Source: a virus (lineage: Duplodnaviria > Caudoviricetes). From it: a DNA stretch of 53,797 bases. Where the stretch lies: IMG/VR virus record IMGVR_UViG_3300020469_003502, positions 1-53,797 of that record. One strand, 5' to 3'. Shown piece after piece: positions 20,201 through 28,417 of the stretch. Within the stretch, counting starts at the first letter, position 1, and the number at the start of each line of letters is the position of its first letter. The translations under genes and the position numbers were made by a program. The notes under the pieces were generated by a model that saw nothing but the letters and a program-made list of their open reading frames with translations, was not told where the DNA came from and did no database searches.

Positions 20201-22543
20201 CTACCTGAATTTTGGGATCAAGCTGTTGAAGATGGAACAGTAATTGACGGACAAGAAGCAAGCGGAGAAGCATACTTTACAATAATTAATAATGAAAAAG
20301 TATACAATTGGACACAGCAAAATTATTATAATCCAAAAACAAGACGTGACGAAGTTGTATATTACTTCTGGGTTAAGAATAAACTTAACTATAGCGGTAT
20401 TAGACAATATAATGTAAGTCAGATTTCACAGATACTTAAGAATCCAAGTGCATTTAATATTGCCTGGGCGGCACCTTCATTGTCTAATCAGCTATTGTTA
20501 AACAATATAAGCAACTTCGTAACAAAAAATACTGTAGTACAAGTAACCAAAAACTATACTAATACAAACAGTATGCCATTAAATGATTGGACACTGCTAG
20601 GCGAAGATGATCCTAATTGTTACATTCCAGAATACTTGCATATTAAAATGCGTGATAGTTTAGCTGGTTTTAATAATCATACAGTTGATGCAACTTACTC
20701 AACTTGGAATAATAGCACAAGTTACTTGGTAAATGCTGTAGTAGAACGAAACGGCAAATACTACATAAGTCGACAATCATCTAATCAAAACTATGATCCA
20801 TTATTAGATTCAGCAATGACATATTGGCAACAAATTTATGATTACACATTTGATAATACCACACAAGTAGATGATATTAAAATTTGGAGAGGTCAACACC
20901 TACCAGACTATAACTTACATCCATACAATAGATACGGACATCTAGTTAGACCAAGACAAAGTTTGTTTAGAGATTTACCTGAAGCAAGACAAAATTTTGT
21001 ATACACAGTAAATGACTTACTAGGCGAAGTTAATTTAATTGACGAAGTAGTAAATTGGAAAAACTGTTTCCACGCTACATTCACAAAAGGTAACGTAACA
21101 TATAATATTAAAGATTATGTAACACTAGTTGACTGGTATCTAGTAGAAAAAGATGCAGACGGAAATGTAACATACGAATTTAATCCAAATACTATAGCAG
21201 ATTTTACTTTTGATAGTGACACAGAACGTTTAGATTTTACAGGTAACATTCCAGATGGTAGTTATATATTAATCAAGTACAATCAAGGCAACGATGGATT
21301 AAACAGACAAAGAATGCTTTTTGTAACAGGCGGATTAGACAAACTAGTAAGTATGGAGAAAGCCACAGTTAAGCTCAGTGAAGAACTTTGGTTAGAAAGC
21401 AAGTTCGGACACGGTTTTGATGCAGGCGGATTTGGTATACTTCCATATGACAGTGGAGCAAATGATGTAATAGGCAAACTAATGGATCTATTACGCAGTG
21501 AAATTTTTGTACATAGACACAAGGTAATGTATAATAAAATGTGGTTTAAATTATTATACGGTGCAATTTTACAAAACACAACGGATGATTTTGCTTTCAA
21601 AACCAGTTATGTAAAATTAAAAGTAAAACACCCACTGCTAACAAATAAAACAACATATCAGAGATATCCAATAAGTGTTGTGGAAGATTACTTTAATAGC
21701 ATCAAGCCATTCCATACAAAGCTATTAGATCTCACTGAAAGCAACACACACATAGAAGCAACTATGGCAGAAATTGACGAAGTGTCCAGACAGACTGCTA
21801 TTACTATGATATACAATGACCATACTGAGTGTGCTTGGAATGGTGATGAGATACTAGAAGGTGGACTGTTTACAACTGATATGGAAACTACTGCTAGTAA
21901 TATTGACCAAAGCGGGTTTACTACACTGGATTCAAGTTATGATAATATTGCAGATGGTGATATATTTGCTAATCCACGATATCAATACTGTGACGGTGAA
22001 TTATACAAAACTGATTTTACAGAAAATATTGCAATTGCTGTACAAACAAATGCAAGTGGAAATAGCTTGACATCTGACAGTAGAGCATATAGAATGAGTA
22101 CATACATGCCAAATAACATTCAAGTGAGTAATGTTATTGTGGATGCAAACAAAACAACTACCACAGCCGCAGTAACTGGTTTAGATACAACTATTCCCGT
22201 AGCAGATGCAACTAAACTAGATAATCCAAGTACAGTAATTGGTGTAGGCGAAATACCTGGAGTTGTTTATATAGGAAGTGAACGAATAGAATACCGTGCA
22301 GTAAGTGGAAATAACTTGCTATTTTGCACAAGAGGTACACTAGGTACTAGTGGAAAAGCACATGCTAGTGGTGCAACTGTAGTAAACAGTGGCGAAACTA
22401 CACGTATTCCAATACTGGAAAAGTTCTCTGATTACGGAGATAACTTACGAACAGCATACAATGACAGTGGTACAAGTTTAAGTGCCACAGGAATCTCACC
22501 TGAACACGCATTTATTCGAAATGCAGGGCAAGGATCGATATAA
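11273..22543 (+). CDS. Giant (3756 aa) multidomain virion structural protein, probably gp7-equivalent baseplate wedge / fibre platform
   Basis: Uninterrupted ORF after gp6. N-terminal LLPNVFQTEVNKQFL, YKGTKYALD and IKPFHTKL resemble gp7/P2-gpI motifs; contains many beta repeats. Confidence 0.7.
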   Translation: MSERKSNPSVAPLITTPGASKKFTGTRDITGLLPNVFQTEVNKQFLDSTLEQLLSSGSLQPIKNYVGQKFLKDTVNTNYIADNRVDDNYQFVPALVNKDEANNNAVTQVLPYNDFINTLKYNEVDVNNHNKLLDEKGYTLDLPINYDMFINYHRYYWVLDVLPASKLQCTSSFDIDTIIGETTYTTPVQKNTRALTFENGMRVKFDPHTIDRFTQSSAVNTTFTATVANAETLKVYKNNVLQTFITHYTYDSVSGVVTFVTAPAVNEEVEIHTFYSKSTSGNYAVGDTYIVDGVGEPGGIKLTKQFTSGQIEGSYGDRTWINHTVYSSQEPSEFDSDRFAFDKRPFDLQEYKMTTRDYVVEQRYSEDQSAWARSNLWVHEQTIANSLIYDGYANVQDNVYAIDKYRAVRPIIEYKASIEKYNFGKKHIANVTFLIEDNTIDPTTAIVGQTAYDWNISGISTAWTQGVGGSAVGDQYYVDLGTSPNTKRTYWQCIKNHPTARNPIHGENHEYWKQITPQELENGDTILFLRNTNANYNERIFRVGGVGSSITLTEIYGASSTAISTNDKVVIINGFNTTKFDDGEEAKPFGGSEWYYNGTTWVYGQQKTHRSAGMLVELYDLDGVLLSNTTKYPENNFTGACIFDYVHNDSNPMDEALGFSPSYADYGNSPGLNFSMPFLSTRLTYTRVSSDGLRSLNQEIQGAYYYKDLSGVAYNGWSILRNGQPVKRTISKTVTTENSTQSMIFNLGYTDFATDRHITMFKRNTYIDVKTQKDTSLTNNINDVNGRLPELFFATNTTYNITTQFNQADVEFVNMDGTAIGSGLTRTAGSGNNFTIVVASPTVNAIKYRLSALPNSFGVIYFNTIANDTNIKVYKNREETDNYTLSNNILTINGGLAVDDIYEVEYHTHNAYSDSAEGFQQASDTHLFNPQNNSFTNITFGDLIEHMRQQMTGIPGFNGSFFGINNYRSIPHVHEFGGTIRQQPYSTELLNQLLMDTDTNLYASIKHASSHYSMFLKKFATKAIQIHKSLDITKSTYQMVDKILQEMNLGKNKDMQFAQSDMAMYRDFESKDYSFQTTMTKVFDLPQSVNTYDDTENHVQVWVQDDDGAGNLRWRSLVKDIDYTLASNKVTITGLVTYPSSGVAKTHIRWYKRDSVSFVPNSAVKLGLIRPYTPELRSDYSVDSNGTATTNVIVRHDGSIHVRNGTEIYDRSRVGYDPVDAAIFDLECRIYNNLNATLDNIDNIKTYMPNANRANRYTWTQIQNSVVSEFNKWKVEKNYTDLQSSTYYDGSDKFTWNYSSVGPGIGGWRGLYIYHFNTDRPHTHPWEMLGHNKKPTWWDTNYSWTNATKRTALITALRFGKVNDPSVDNNFDINYNYDNYDWANNTLVTNAGVLNDPDTANVVATPSAANRQKDFVYGDWGPVEAEWRRSPEYKIAEFLSLAKTRPLIAVNNYFKVNERSTRDFSSSDKPQIYSTNSNKLDNFKNTGVSGVLQTGKIIESVIVKDGGTGYTSAPTIVINDNFGSGAILTAFVQGGSVVSVSVANAGKDYYNNPKLTLSTGSAVLETVLAESPKRYFAGLQNAVVEYAKSLSTSSKTIQTRMKSMDYNPIVKAGGFVNNNQKFMLESSQDKGRVFVPEENFTTILFNSKPTAEYFISGIKIDKVESGYKINGYDNDKMYFEYFEPNTASSSIKQTFSVDIFRYSEYNTTKSILNYNTIFTTIQEVYSFILGYGECLAQQGFTQNWRGSATNFVNYALASATDTLYLIPDNSKIIVSDGADGYFDNLESKYDGIFNINNKLGQRIQSTDLIIDRNLMIPNSDTVFKVKQSTTQIYGLRLYKTSVEHLIVFDNTTNFDDTIYDASIGQRHKRIQWNGSRTKDWNGKFYSPGFIINNNSIIPNFDTVAEQTDQYLGRTKSLTNNQISDVARFNIGYNQPTWAKDLDLDDDTLFEFVKGTYKYKGTKYALDAFLKNKGLFDGDSVGELYEEWAVRMGDFGDTRSRDTLEFELTPDLLITSPQPVRFFNTQKYDVLTDTTIDIDTKSPLLVTGTPGDYFDTRAVKTYTEAGITQEDAFANDYVSAGLPLLTEADFKVLNREGMLSFPDVINSEYDFTGDWQKPTPWETNISYKFNDQIMHNGSTWEMVDPKGYSGLTSANQPIEVVGTVSLPIVPASGGTLILDGNTISLTKSATQTTLNVINKIGTQDIATSNVVTHGSTLVLGSTSALSSTITFANSVNNVTYNNITKDGTTSNPSFTGSATKTLIIDGNTITFDDTVSTTNNITAQTALENAFNANGFSSVATLATNRINAIESLRLGYVSANSASAWTTFMTDYFNPSNAGIDLTLLLNAYNTNPAYKTQLGSLITSDVALINAKTGNSYVASAVLSGSTVIPSSDITATQNAVDNGTHMAALATWIKANPTVVFATTTVVTTISGTTFKTYTLADIVNKITAAGIANITASASSNFLRLVKTTSTPTVAFNLVISAGTANSDVGFSSVTETIAATSSVTVTTPNLTIAQVVQQINNAGISNISAVINSANTNLLQINCNASSLFVGSGTANSIVGLTQGVTPAGTTTTTSNIAPDINDIIDSINTATISGVTASNSNNRLKLTSNNAILVIGAGTSNANVGLSAQTYTASISTVSNVFNAIVSGVEVFKEMTNDPNVFSIWVADDSEFGSYNKGYQVYQTMDFGMYISNACAGPTNADDAEVTVARSPSTATQAHNLVSGDYVLIRGSTTTPSIDGIHKVTTVDLGNTAKFFIDEYIESEGKLGNIYPLRPVRFNSKAELDTVYNSKVNGIYKYNFNGVRQNNSLNKINIFVDDDGYDKSAVYTWAGDYTDANGHHNGSFTQARVGQAQTTPSTNLQVKLYDASARTSIANLEIWDPAKGIIFGFIDKEIDYKLVNDIGSYNFNTLNGEMTNINAWKDEYVGVRWWDLSTAVYLDYEQSIIEYQQTNWGRLFPGASIDVYEWTRSTVLPEFWDQAVEDGTVIDGQEASGEAYFTIINNEKVYNWTQQNYYNPKTRRDEVVYYFWVKNKLNYSGIRQYNVSQISQILKNPSAFNIAWAAPSLSNQLLLNNISNFVTKNTVVQVTKNYTNTNSMPLNDWTLLGEDDPNCYIPEYLHIKMRDSLAGFNNHTVDATYSTWNNSTSYLVNAVVERNGKYYISRQSSNQNYDPLLDSAMTYWQQIYDYTFDNTTQVDDIKIWRGQHLPDYNLHPYNRYGHLVRPRQSLFRDLPEARQNFVYTVNDLLGEVNLIDEVVNWKNCFHATFTKGNVTYNIKDYVTLVDWYLVEKDADGNVTYEFNPNTIADFTFDSDTERLDFTGNIPDGSYILIKYNQGNDGLNRQRMLFVTGGLDKLVSMEKATVKLSEELWLESKFGHGFDAGGFGILPYDSGANDVIGKLMDLLRSEIFVHRHKVMYNKMWFKLLYGAILQNTTDDFAFKTSYVKLKVKHPLLTNKTTYQRYPISVVEDYFNSIKPFHTKLLDLTESNTHIEATMAEIDEVSRQTAITMIYNDHTECAWNGDEILEGGLFTTDMETTASNIDQSGFTTLDSSYDNIADGDIFANPRYQYCDGELYKTDFTENIAIAVQTNASGNSLTSDSRAYRMSTYMPNNIQVSNVIVDANKTTTTAAVTGLDTTIPVADATKLDNPSTVIGVGEIPGVVYIGSERIEYRAVSGNNLLFCTRGTLGTSGKAHASGATVVNSGETTRIPILEKFSDYGDNLRTAYNDSGTSLSATGISPEHAFIRNAGQGSI

Positions 22544-22546
22544 ATA
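22539..22546 (+). promoter_or_regulatory. T4-type late promoter TATAAATA
   Basis: Exact consensus overlapping the stop codon of the giant gene, about 20 nt before ATG 22568. Confidence 0.6.
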
Positions 22547-22567
22547 TTATAAATTGGAAAAGATAAA

Positions 22568-23167
22568 ATGAGTTTAGAACAAATTGAAACACCACTAATA
22601 GGCATTGAAGGACACATTAAAATATGGGATCCTGAATCAGGTGAAGTTATGGTTCGTAGACGAAATGCTGTAAACTTTGAAAATATGAGTGTATCACTCG
22701 CAGGTTTACTAGCAAATGAATCAGGATCAACAAGCACTTATGAGATTAAAACAATGCGTTTTGGAAATGGTGGTACAAGCATAGACGGATTAGGTGCAGT
22801 AACTTATAAAGCAACTAATACAAACAGTGCAAGTGGAGCACTATATAATCAAACCCACAGCACAATAATAGACGAAACAATAAGTGGTAGTGCTGATAAC
22901 AGTGTTGAAATGAGTCACACAAGTCCTAATACACACAGTGATGTAATTGCAACATGCACATTAGATTACGGAACGCCATCAGGACAAGACACAACAGACA
23001 CAGCAACAAATATGAACGATACATATGTGTTCGATGAACTAGCACTATACACAGCTAATGACACACTACTAACACATGTCATTTTCCATCCCGTACAGAA
23101 AAGTGCGAATAGAAAAATACAAGTTGTTTATACACTAAGGATAAGAAGTTCGTTTGCGGACTTATAA
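22568..23167 (+). CDS. Baseplate/fibre-attachment structural protein
   Basis: FDELALY...LLTHVIFHPVQKS..IQVVYTLRI resembles tail-collar/fibre N-terminal domains; structural gene context. Confidence 0.5.
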   Translation: MSLEQIETPLIGIEGHIKIWDPESGEVMVRRRNAVNFENMSVSLAGLLANESGSTSTYEIKTMRFGNGGTSIDGLGAVTYKATNTNSASGALYNQTHSTIIDETISGSADNSVEMSHTSPNTHSDVIATCTLDYGTPSGQDTTDTATNMNDTYVFDELALYTANDTLLTHVIFHPVQKSANRKIQVVYTLRIRSSFADL

Positions 23168-23179
23168 AAGGAAATAGAG

Positions 23180-24100
23180 ATGCCATATACAATAGATTAT
23201 AGCACAAGTAGCAAAACAGCAATTGTAGTAAACGACGGAACAGTTGACACCACTACAAGTCTTAGTTTAATTGGAAAAAATTATACTAACTTTGGTGAAC
23301 TGTTAAACGAAGATTTACTACACATGTTAGAAAATTTTGCTAATGCAAGTGCTCCAACTAATCCAACTGAAGGTCAACTTTGGTACGACACTGCGAACAG
23401 TGTTTTAAAACTTTATGACAATGGTCAATGGTACACAATGGGTGCACCAGCTGGCACAACTAGAATAGAGTATAGGAATAGACAAGATACAGCAGGTGTT
23501 TATCACAAAACAATTGAATTAATTGTTGACAACAACATTGTTTCAATCACAACAGATGATACTACAGTTTGGACACCTCATGCAACAGAATTTTTAGAAG
23601 ATGGAACAACTGCCTTAACTACACAATTTGCAACTATTCAAGCAGGCATCCAAATGAATAGCACAGCAAACTACAAGTTTAGAGGTACAGCAACCAGTGC
23701 AGAATATGCTGACTTGGCAGAGCGTTATGCCGCAGACCAAGAGTATGACCCAGGTACAGTTGTTAGAATAGATAGAGGTGATGCTGAAATTACGCAAACA
23801 ACTGAAGAAGCAGATATAAATGTATTTGGAATTATCAGTACTGCACCAGGATTTGAAATGAACGCAGGGGCAGGTACAGATGCTACACATCCGTTTGTAG
23901 CATTATCAGGTCGAGTACCATGTAAAGTAGTTGGAACTATACACAAAGGTGATAGACTAGTTACTAGTAGTATACCAGGCACCGCAAGAATAGCCAATCC
24001 TACAGAACTTGCCGACTATAGAAATATTATTGGTAGGGCAATGGAAACAAAAACAACTGAAGAAGTTAGTTTAATTGAAGTAGTGGTAGGAGCAAAATAA
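23180..24100 (+). CDS. Tail-fibre-like protein with C-terminal intramolecular chaperone (peptidase G2/IMC-like) domain
   Basis: N-terminal LIGKNY..FGE...LENFA...P.EGQLWYD; C-terminal YADLAERY...GIIST.P...VALSGRVPCKV.G...GDRLV. Confidence 0.7.
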   Translation: MPYTIDYSTSSKTAIVVNDGTVDTTTSLSLIGKNYTNFGELLNEDLLHMLENFANASAPTNPTEGQLWYDTANSVLKLYDNGQWYTMGAPAGTTRIEYRNRQDTAGVYHKTIELIVDNNIVSITTDDTTVWTPHATEFLEDGTTALTTQFATIQAGIQMNSTANYKFRGTATSAEYADLAERYAADQEYDPGTVVRIDRGDAEITQTTEEADINVFGIISTAPGFEMNAGAGTDATHPFVALSGRVPCKVVGTIHKGDRLVTSSIPGTARIANPTELADYRNIIGRAMETKTTEEVSLIEVVVGAK

Positions 24101-25267
24101 ATGGCTGTTAGTGCAAACCAATTAGCTGAAGCATCTCATTACAATACTGTAGCAACAACTGTCAACAAAGTTTTTGGAGACAATTATAGTACAGCCGCTG
24201 TAACAGATGCGTCAAGAATCGACACACACAAATTTGGTTGGGGAGCAACAAATGTAGCAGATGCTTTAACAGCAGGTACAAGTATAACAGCCGTAAGATT
24301 GCAAGACTTAGTTGAAAGAGCGAATGTTAGTGTAGATCATATTAATGTTACTGACAGTAATTTAGTTTTTGTAGTACCTACAAATAGATCTAATGTAACT
24401 GCGGCTACACTTGTGAGAGCAGAAGACCTAAACGTAGTAGAAGATAAATTTACCAATACAATTATAGCGAATGACGCACACGCAACAATGGATGCGGCTA
24501 ATGCTAGTGCATTAAATGCAACACCTACCAGTGGTGGCCCTTATACACGTAGTTCAACATGGAACGGACAACTAGTTGGTGAACACAAATGGACTTGGGG
24601 AAGCTACAACAAAGCAAGATACTTTTTTAATGCTGGCGGACAAGTAAGACTAGCTCTTGCAATGAGTGGTGGTAGTACAGCAGGTTATTATAACTGGAGT
24701 GATGTGATCAATGAAATGGGTGTAATGAATCTATTATGGAACAACTTTACACAAAGTAATGCAACCACATCTGGAACAAGTCAAGCAAAAGGTTTTTATA
24801 ATCTAACACAGTATTATGGTGATGGCAGTGATGCTGGAGCCACAAACGAAGGCTTACTGTTTACTTCAAATGGCGTTACACTAAGCAGAACAGTTGGCGA
24901 CAGTGGAACAAGTGGTTCAGCATATGGTTATATTACTGGTCCAGGAACGTTTGCACAATGGGGTGATTGGGCCATAATCGGCGGCACACAAAGTAATACA
25001 ATTTACGTAAGTGCCTACAGTGCTTACAGTACATATCAAAACTTAAGATTTAAAATTTATGGAAAATATGCAGATGGCGGAGCAAGTGTCATGTTAAAGT
25101 TTATCTTAGATGATTCAGCACATGCAAACGTGATTGATGGTAGTATAACACCTACATTAAGTTACTTAATGCCAGACAATATTACACAAGGCGGAGCTAC
25201 ATTTAGCGTAACTCCAGCTCCCACAGTAAGTATTACTAATAATTTAACTAGCCCTGATGATTATTAA
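24101..25267 (+). CDS. Ser/Thr/Gly-rich virion structural (fibre-associated) protein
   Basis: ARYFFNAGG motif, beta-rich composition, last gene of the structural block. Confidence 0.55.
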   Translation: MAVSANQLAEASHYNTVATTVNKVFGDNYSTAAVTDASRIDTHKFGWGATNVADALTAGTSITAVRLQDLVERANVSVDHINVTDSNLVFVVPTNRSNVTAATLVRAEDLNVVEDKFTNTIIANDAHATMDAANASALNATPTSGGPYTRSSTWNGQLVGEHKWTWGSYNKARYFFNAGGQVRLALAMSGGSTAGYYNWSDVINEMGVMNLLWNNFTQSNATTSGTSQAKGFYNLTQYYGDGSDAGATNEGLLFTSNGVTLSRTVGDSGTSGSAYGYITGPGTFAQWGDWAIIGGTQSNTIYVSAYSAYSTYQNLRFKIYGKYADGGASVMLKFILDDSAHANVIDGSITPTLSYLMPDNITQGGATFSVTPAPTVSITNNLTSPDDY

Positions 25268-25270
25268 TAC

Positions 25271-25300
25271 TTGACAAACCATACATAAATAAGTTATAGT
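25271..25300 (+). promoter_or_regulatory. Composite promoter: sigma70-type with an embedded late-type box
   Basis: TTGACA 25271-25276, 18-bp spacer, TATAGT 25295-25300; CATAAATA at 25284-25291. Confidence 0.6.
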
Positions 25301-25324
25301 AGCATATAACTATAGGAGAAACTC

Positions 25325-25672
25325 ATGGACGAGAGACTCGAAAATGCACTTGAGTTTGCAAATTATCGTATTACTTTAGGCAATCAGAAGAGAACAATTA
25401 GACAACGTATGACTGTTTTATCAACAGTGCAGTACAAAACAGGCGTATTTCACGCCAATCCCACTACAATTGCATTTGTGAAAGCACTCATTGATGCAGA
25501 TAAAACTAGTGCAATTGTACTAGACACAAAAGACAATCCAATCGATATTGAAGATCTTAAAGATTTCTTAGAAAATCTATTGGGTGCTTATACAGAAGCA
25601 ACAAATGAATACAAAGTTCAATTGGATAAAGTTAAAAAAGCAAGAAATATCAAGAGCTTGATGGATTGGTAA
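25325..25672 (+). CDS. Hypothetical protein, possibly a fibre-assembly chaperone
   Basis: Strong AGGAG RBS; helical 115-aa protein following the fibre genes. Confidence 0.55.
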   Translation: MDERLENALEFANYRITLGNQKRTIRQRMTVLSTVQYKTGVFHANPTTIAFVKALIDADKTSAIVLDTKDNPIDIEDLKDFLENLLGAYTEATNEYKVQLDKVKKARNIKSLMDW

Positions 25673-25679
25673 TACAAGT

Positions 25680-26582
25680 ATGAAAAAAGACGGCAACGGC
25701 ATATGTATGTTTGCATACAATAACGAGCAGTTAGATTATGTAAAATTTGCAACACTAGCCGCCAAATATGTTAAAAAGAATATGAAAAATAATCAGACAT
25801 GTTTGATCACGAACGAAGGTTCTTATGACTGGATGAAAACCAGCATTGGACAAAAAGAAATTGATCGCACATTTGATTATGTTGTAGTCCAAGAACTTCA
25901 AGCGGCACAAAATATGCGTGTACATTTTGATAGTCCTTGGACAGAATTTAATGCACAGTTCAGTAATACTAACAAGCACCTCATCAATGAATATACACCG
26001 TTTGAACGCACATTACTGATTGATACAGACTTTTTAGTAATGAACGATTTCTACGATTACATATTTGATACTGATGTAGATATTAGTATGCATAGATACG
26101 CAGAATATTTAGGAGGGCAACCTCCATATCAGAATGAAATTACATTGAATCCTGGTGGTATAAACCATTGGTGGAGTACTGTAGTATATTTTGATCAAAG
26201 TCCAACTAGTAAATTATTTTTTGATATATGGAGTCATGTAAAAGATAATTGGGAATACTATAGTTTATTATATCAATTCGAGAAAAGTTTATTCAGAACA
26301 GATTACTGTGTAAGCATAGCCGCACATATGTTCAATGGATTTAACAACGACGATTTTGTACATGATTTTTTAGGGTTACCTCTATTAACACAAGATCAAA
26401 AAGACGATATTGTAAAATTCAATGATATAAATGATATTGTATTTCTTAAACACAACAGAGCAGAACCGTGGAAAAACACATTGATCAGACACACAAATGA
26501 TAATCTGCATGTAATGAACAAACGTTCGTTGGATAGACAAATGAATTTTTTGATGAAAGAGTTCGGAGAAACTAATGTCTAA
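25680..26582 (+). CDS. GT-A fold glycosyltransferase (GT8-like)
   Basis: K..INEYTPFERTLLIDTD DxD motif; WWSTVVYF; FRTD. Confidence 0.75.
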   Translation: MKKDGNGICMFAYNNEQLDYVKFATLAAKYVKKNMKNNQTCLITNEGSYDWMKTSIGQKEIDRTFDYVVVQELQAAQNMRVHFDSPWTEFNAQFSNTNKHLINEYTPFERTLLIDTDFLVMNDFYDYIFDTDVDISMHRYAEYLGGQPPYQNEITLNPGGINHWWSTVVYFDQSPTSKLFFDIWSHVKDNWEYYSLLYQFEKSLFRTDYCVSIAAHMFNGFNNDDFVHDFLGLPLLTQDQKDDIVKFNDINDIVFLKHNRAEPWKNTLIRHTNDNLHVMNKRSLDRQMNFLMKEFGETNV

Positions 26583-27444
26583 AGGATTTATAACACTAGG
26601 TATTAATACTGAAGTTAACAAAATAAAATATTGCTATGGTCTTGCACTTAGTATTAAAGGTTGTGATCCTGAAGCTGAAGTTTGTTTGGTAGTTGATAAA
26701 GGCAAAGTAGATGAAGTACCAAAAGAATATCATCATGTGTTAGATTACATAGTAGAACTACCATACGGAAATACTGCATACAAAGATGGCTTTCACGGAA
26801 TGAACTTATGGCAGTTATATCATTGTTCTCCGTTTGAAGAAAATATATATTTAGATGCAGATACATTGATGCACAATGTAAAGATTGAAGACCTATGGAA
26901 CTTGTTGAGTAAAAACGAAATGAGTATTCCAAAGAATGCATTTTCATATCGTAACTTACCAGCTGACCCCAGAATGCGTTTTGAGTTTGAGGAAACATAC
27001 GAACTACCACAATTTTATAACAATTTAATTTATTGGAAGCACGGTACTCAAACCGCTGAAGAATGGTTTAAGTTAGCTGATCCTATACTGCAAGATTGGC
27101 GTAGTGTATACAACAATTTCTTTCAAGACAAGAAACCTGATACATTTAATAAAAATGTATTGTGTAATTTAATTACACATTACGGTGACTTGAAAGAACA
27201 AGTACAATGTTTTGTAGGAAATCATTATGATATACACAGTGACAATCAAGGTGTTTGGTATGACGAAGTACCTGACAACTGGACTGAAATGATAAACTAC
27301 TGGGTAAGCGACAACGGTAAAGTACAGATAGAAAATAGTATTATAAGTAGTGGTATTATACACTATACAGATGAAAATTTTTTAACGGATGAAGTTATCG
27401 ATGTCTACAGAACTAACATTATTAACAAACAAAGCAGAACATAA
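26575..27444 (+). CDS. GT-A fold glycosyltransferase, paralog of the preceding gene
   Basis: GFITL...LALSIK; SPFEENIYLDAD; C-terminal IIHY. Confidence 0.75.
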   Translation: MSKGFITLGINTEVNKIKYCYGLALSIKGCDPEAEVCLVVDKGKVDEVPKEYHHVLDYIVELPYGNTAYKDGFHGMNLWQLYHCSPFEENIYLDADTLMHNVKIEDLWNLLSKNEMSIPKNAFSYRNLPADPRMRFEFEETYELPQFYNNLIYWKHGTQTAEEWFKLADPILQDWRSVYNNFFQDKKPDTFNKNVLCNLITHYGDLKEQVQCFVGNHYDIHSDNQGVWYDEVPDNWTEMINYWVSDNGKVQIENSIISSGIIHYTDENFLTDEVIDVYRTNIINKQSRT

Positions 27445-28417
27445 AAAAGAAACCAAATGGTGTGTTTACTTTGATGAAGAAACGGGTGATGTTATCACCG
27501 TTACAAGCAAGCCACACGAGTCTGTTAAACATCCGTATCTGAGAACAGCTTCTGATGATGCACGAAAAGTACTAATGGGTATTGAAGACCCTAGGAAATT
27601 TGCCGTAGTTGATTTAAGTGAAGGTCATAAACTAATAGAACGTGGAGATGTTGTCAGACTTAGAGAAGCAGAAAACTATCTCACACATATACCAATCAAC
27701 AATAATTTGACATATGATGTTAATATTATTTTTTATGTTAACAGTTGGAAAATGGAAGTAAACTTTAGTCAAGAAACACTATACAAAATGACTGGTCGCA
27801 GAAAGTTTAGAGATGTAAAAATTAATCCAGAAAAAGAAGGTCGTTATGATAAGATAACATTATTTCTTATCAAACAAAATGATCCAAATTTTCTAATCGA
27901 TTCGATAGAAGTTGATCCTGTTGAACTTATAGTAAATGGCTATCTGTTGTTTGATATGAGCAGTTTACGCAATGTATGTGGCTTAGGCGAAGTACATGTA
28001 ATGACTAAGAAGATTTTCAAACACTACGGAGTCAAACGTAAATCGCACTTTGGACAAGCAGACTTTATTAGTAGATTAAGCAAACGCAGAAACGAAGCAA
28101 TTATAAAAGAACAATCTCAAGACATCACTACAACATTTACAGTTATTAGAAAAGATGATGACCAATATTATCTAAAGAGTAATTTTGAAAATCCACATGA
28201 AAGTAAAATTTTCAATGATATGACGCTGTATCTCATACCTAAAAATAATCCTAACCAATTGTTAGGATATGTACAGGTGCCTATTGAAGAAATAGGTTAC
28301 CAAAAAGAATATTATCTTAAAACCAACTACTCTTTAGAAAATTGTAGTTTTTTATGTAGAGAGGAAAATAACAATATAACCTTTGACTACGAAACCCAGG
28401 AGTTGAACAATGCCTAA
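27401..28417 (+). CDS. Hypothetical protein with internal duplication
   Basis: KITLFLIKQNDPNFLIDSIEV repeated as DMTLYLIPKNNPNQLLGYVQV. Start uncertain (27389 or 27401). Confidence 0.6.
   Translation: MSTELTLLTNKAEHKKETKWCVYFDEETGDVITVTSKPHESVKHPYLRTASDDARKVLMGIEDPRKFAVVDLSEGHKLIERGDVVRLREAENYLTHIPINNNLTYDVNIIFYVNSWKMEVNFSQETLYKMTGRRKFRDVKINPEKEGRYDKITLFLIKQNDPNFLIDSIEVDPVELIVNGYLLFDMSSLRNVCGLGEVHVMTKKIFKHYGVKRKSHFGQADFISRLSKRRNEAIIKEQSQDITTTFTVIRKDDDQYYLKSNFENPHESKIFNDMTLYLIPKNNPNQLLGYVQVPIEEIGYQKEYYLKTNYSLENCSFLCREENNNITFDYETQELNNA

Noticed and set aside
11273-22543. Tape measure protein or intein-containing gene
   Set aside because: Beta-rich rather than long helical; no convincing intein or LAGLIDADG motifs seen.
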